Below, one piece after another: positions 59,718-64,000 of a DNA stretch of 64,000 nt. The number at the start of each line of letters is the position of its first letter. The stretch's first letter is position 1. A program made the position numbers and the translations under genes. Origin of the DNA: Candidatus Omnitrophota bacterium (GTDB lineage: Bacteria; Omnitrophota; Gorgyraeia; Zapsychrales; Fredricksoniimonadaceae); NCBI GenBank assembly GCA_903944345.1, contig CAJARJ010000009.1, forward strand, positions 65,875-129,874, read 5' to 3'. The notes under the pieces were generated by a model. It did not search any database. It was not told the origin of the DNA and saw nothing but the letters and a program-made list of their open reading frames with translations.

Positions 59718-60575
59718 TTAAATGTTGTCCAATGACAAAAACGCTTTCCATCTTTTCTCCAGATCGTTCACCGATGGAAAGACCAAAGGATACGCAGTCT
59801 GGAGCGCCTGCTCAAAATCCTTGCCATCGCGCAATTCTCGCAGCAAGCGGCGAAAAGCGTCCCGTCCGTGCTTCTCCAGCATAAAAAGAACCAATGAAAG
59901 ACTCTGCGCATAAAATAATGATACTTTTGCGGTGTCCTTCTCATTAACAATATCCATTCCCGCAAGGATCGCTAACGGAATAATCTGCCCTGACGCTTCA
60001 ACCTGCTTTATTGCCTGCTGAACAATTTCTCGCTTATCGCTTTCCGCTAACTGGGCAATTCCCTCCTCAAGCCATAAAGGAACTTTGCTTGAAAACCCGA
60101 GAAAATCCCAAAGAACCAGATGGGCGATTTCATGCGGCAATGCTTCTTCCAGAAAACCGAGCTGCCCCAGCCAGGAAACGATCACCCGGCTTGAAAAAAA
60201 TTTTGAATACCGACTGGCATACGCTTTGGACCACTGCGGTTGTCCGGTAAAACGATTATAGCTGAACTGGTCTGGATATAAAACAATCCTAACCCTGCGA
60301 TCCCATGCCCAGGACTGCTGATGTCGGCTGTGACCAATATCAGAGGTAATCTTGCTGTAATACAATTCCGCCCGATCCAGAATTTGCCGGGCACTAGCCC
60401 GCTCCTGCTCGGCAGTAAACTCAACAAGAAAGTGCTCGCCCCTGACCTCCTGAAACGGCTGATTATCCCCGGCGCACGCTATCGAAAATAGCTGCGATAA
60501 AAAAAAGCACGACAGTAAAATAAAAACATGGAATCCTGACAAAATTCGGGGCAATAACGAAACTGTTCCGGTCAT
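59718..60575 (-). CDS. Secreted zinc metallopeptidase-like protein (HExxH...E gluzincin motif) embedded in the T2SS operon
   Basis: Signal peptide. HEIAHLV is followed 20 aa later by LEEGIAQ. The gene overlaps the gspF stop by 4 nt. Confidence 0.55.
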   Translation of the reverse strand: MTGTVSLLPRILSGFHVFILLSCFFLSQLFSIACAGDNQPFQEVRGEHFLVEFTAEQERASARQILDRAELYYSKITSDIGHSRHQQSWAWDRRVRIVLYPDQFSYNRFTGQPQWSKAYASRYSKFFSSRVIVSWLGQLGFLEEALPHEIAHLVLWDFLGFSSKVPLWLEEGIAQLAESDKREIVQQAIKQVEASGQIIPLAILAGMDIVNEKDTAKVSLFYAQSLSLVLFMLEKHGRDAFRRLLRELRDGKDFEQALQTAYPLVFPSVNDLEKRWKAFLSLDNI

Positions 60576-61777
60576 TGAAAGGCGTCCATCTGAAAGATTG
60601 GCATTAACATGGCGAAAACCAGAAACCCCACCACCAGTCCAACGCCAAGAATTAAAACCGGCTCCAGCAAAGTCATAAGAACTTTTGTCGATTCGGAAAT
60701 TTCTTCTTCATAGGTATCCGCGATGTCTTCCAAAGCCCGTGCCAGCTCACCGGACTCTTCCCCGACTGCAATCAACTGAACAAAGGAGTCCGGAATATTC
60801 TCGGCAGCAGACAACGCTTGCGCAAATCCGGCGCCTCCCGCAATTTGTTGCTGACAAAGCGTCAAAGCATCGGCCAGACGTTCATTAACAACTGTTGGCC
60901 CTGCAATCTCCAAAGAACGTAAAACAGGTATTCCACTGCGCAAAAGCAGACTGGTCGTCCGGGAAAAACGTTCGAGATCAATCTTGAGAAAAAAAGTCGC
61001 AAAAAAAGGGATCCCTGACATCATCCGGAAACAAACACCTCGCAAAGAGACCACGAACGCCGGTGAACGCAACAGCACAAGAAAAAGCAAAATTGCCGGA
61101 ATGGCAAAAGGCCACAACTTGCAGGCCAAATCACTTAAACGCATCACAATCAAAGTCGGCAGTGGCAAATTGCTGCCCAAATCACGAAAAAGCACCAGAA
61201 TCCGGGGAAGAACAAAAGTGAGAATAAAAACAACTGTCACAAAACCAAGTGCCAGCATAAAAGCCGGATAAACCAAAGCAGTTCTAACCTTGGAGGCTAT
61301 CTCCTCCTGTTTTCGGTAATAAACCACAACATTGGCCAGCATTTCTTTTAACTGTCCGCTTTCCTCTCCGGCTCTGGCCATGGCAATATACAAACGGGGA
61401 AAGAAATCCGCATGTTCTGCCAGGCATGCAGAAAAAGACCGGCCATTACGGATATTCGACGCAATATCTTTCAACACCCCAACAAGTCGTATATCTTTGG
61501 TCCGCCGCAAAATCATTTCAAGCGCCTTCAACAAAGGAACTCCCGATTTCAGCAGACTAACCAGTTGTTTGGAGAACGACAGCAGACTACGGCTACCAGA
61601 AGCTGACACTTGCAGAGGAACATGAACGCTAATCCCCCCATTTTTCTCTTCAACAACAACCGGCAACAAACTCATACGGCTAACCAGATCAATAGCCTCG
61701 CGCTGATCCGTCGCCAGAATTTCTCCCAAAACGGTTTCCCCGCTATCTTTCTTTGCTTTATAGGAAAAAAGCGGCAT
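60572..61777 (-). CDS. gspF: GspF inner-membrane platform protein
   Basis: 401 aa with two GspF repeats and three TM segments. Confidence 0.85.
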   Translation of the reverse strand: MPLFSYKAKKDSGETVLGEILATDQREAIDLVSRMSLLPVVVEEKNGGISVHVPLQVSASGSRSLLSFSKQLVSLLKSGVPLLKALEMILRRTKDIRLVGVLKDIASNIRNGRSFSACLAEHADFFPRLYIAMARAGEESGQLKEMLANVVVYYRKQEEIASKVRTALVYPAFMLALGFVTVVFILTFVLPRILVLFRDLGSNLPLPTLIVMRLSDLACKLWPFAIPAILLFLVLLRSPAFVVSLRGVCFRMMSGIPFFATFFLKIDLERFSRTTSLLLRSGIPVLRSLEIAGPTVVNERLADALTLCQQQIAGGAGFAQALSAAENIPDSFVQLIAVGEESGELARALEDIADTYEEEISESTKVLMTLLEPVLILGVGLVVGFLVFAMLMPIFQMDAFQ

Positions 61778-61780
61778 TGC

Positions 61781-64000
<2,220 letters not shown>

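Overview
This 64 kb window looks like a chromosomal segment of an anaerobic deltaproteobacterium (Desulfo-type). It carries pyruvate:ferredoxin oxidoreductase, ADP-forming acetyl-CoA synthetase, a split transketolase, Hsp70, SerS, PurU, and several c-di-GMP and two-component genes. Nearly all genes are on the minus strand in tightly packed operons. I found no transposase, integrase or CRISPR array. There are four tRNA genes: tRNA-Ser(GGA) on the minus strand, and tRNA-Ser(CGA), tRNA-Ser(UGA) and tRNA-Ala(CGC) on the plus strand. The two plus-strand Ser tRNAs are separated by a degenerate tRNA 3-prime fragment. The main loci are listed below in coordinate order.

- **195-6497: partner-switching module interleaved with glycogen enzymes.** Two STAS antagonists with the conserved phosphorylatable Ser flank glycogen debranching enzyme GlgX. 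Downstream is a three-domain fusion protein (RsbW-like kinase, cNMP-binding domain, PP2C phosphatase). An AGE-family six-hairpin protein is the first gene of the run and a DJ-1-like gene the last. No sigma factor is present, and a divergent Rrf2 regulator lies upstream.
- **11145-19256: probable glycolipid biosynthesis and remodelling operon.** The minus-strand order is GGDEF diguanylate cyclase, GtrA-like domain fused to a six-hairpin glycosidase domain, then an orphan AMP-binding C-subdomain + ACP + PlsC acyltransferase fusion, then a GT4 + alpha/beta-hydrolase fusion, then a further alpha/beta hydrolase.
- **22694-25943: Mla-type lipid transporter.** MlaF, MlaD and a PqiC-like lipoprotein are present. 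MlaE carries a fused N-terminal STAS domain.
- **26016-29064: FixL/FixJ-like two-component cluster.** It includes two extra single-domain receivers, one with Glu at the phospho-acceptor position.
- **49882-52383: STT3/PglB-like oligosaccharyltransferase.** The WWDYG motif is replaced by WWTPG. The gene has a leaderless-type promoter.
- **52627-63538: type II secretion-like operon.** It encodes GspE, F, G, a minor pseudopilin, J, K, L and M. An HExxH zinc peptidase is embedded between gspF and gspG. A TPR protein and a GT-C (ArnT/PMT-like) glycosyltransferase follow. No secretin or GspC lies in the window. A partial F1-ATPase beta-like gene overlaps the gspE start.

A 19-nt motif (TCAATTGTACCGAGGTATA) occurs twice, each copy about 100 nt upstream of a minus-strand gene. 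An unannotated 55-aa membrane ORF was also found at 38429-38596.
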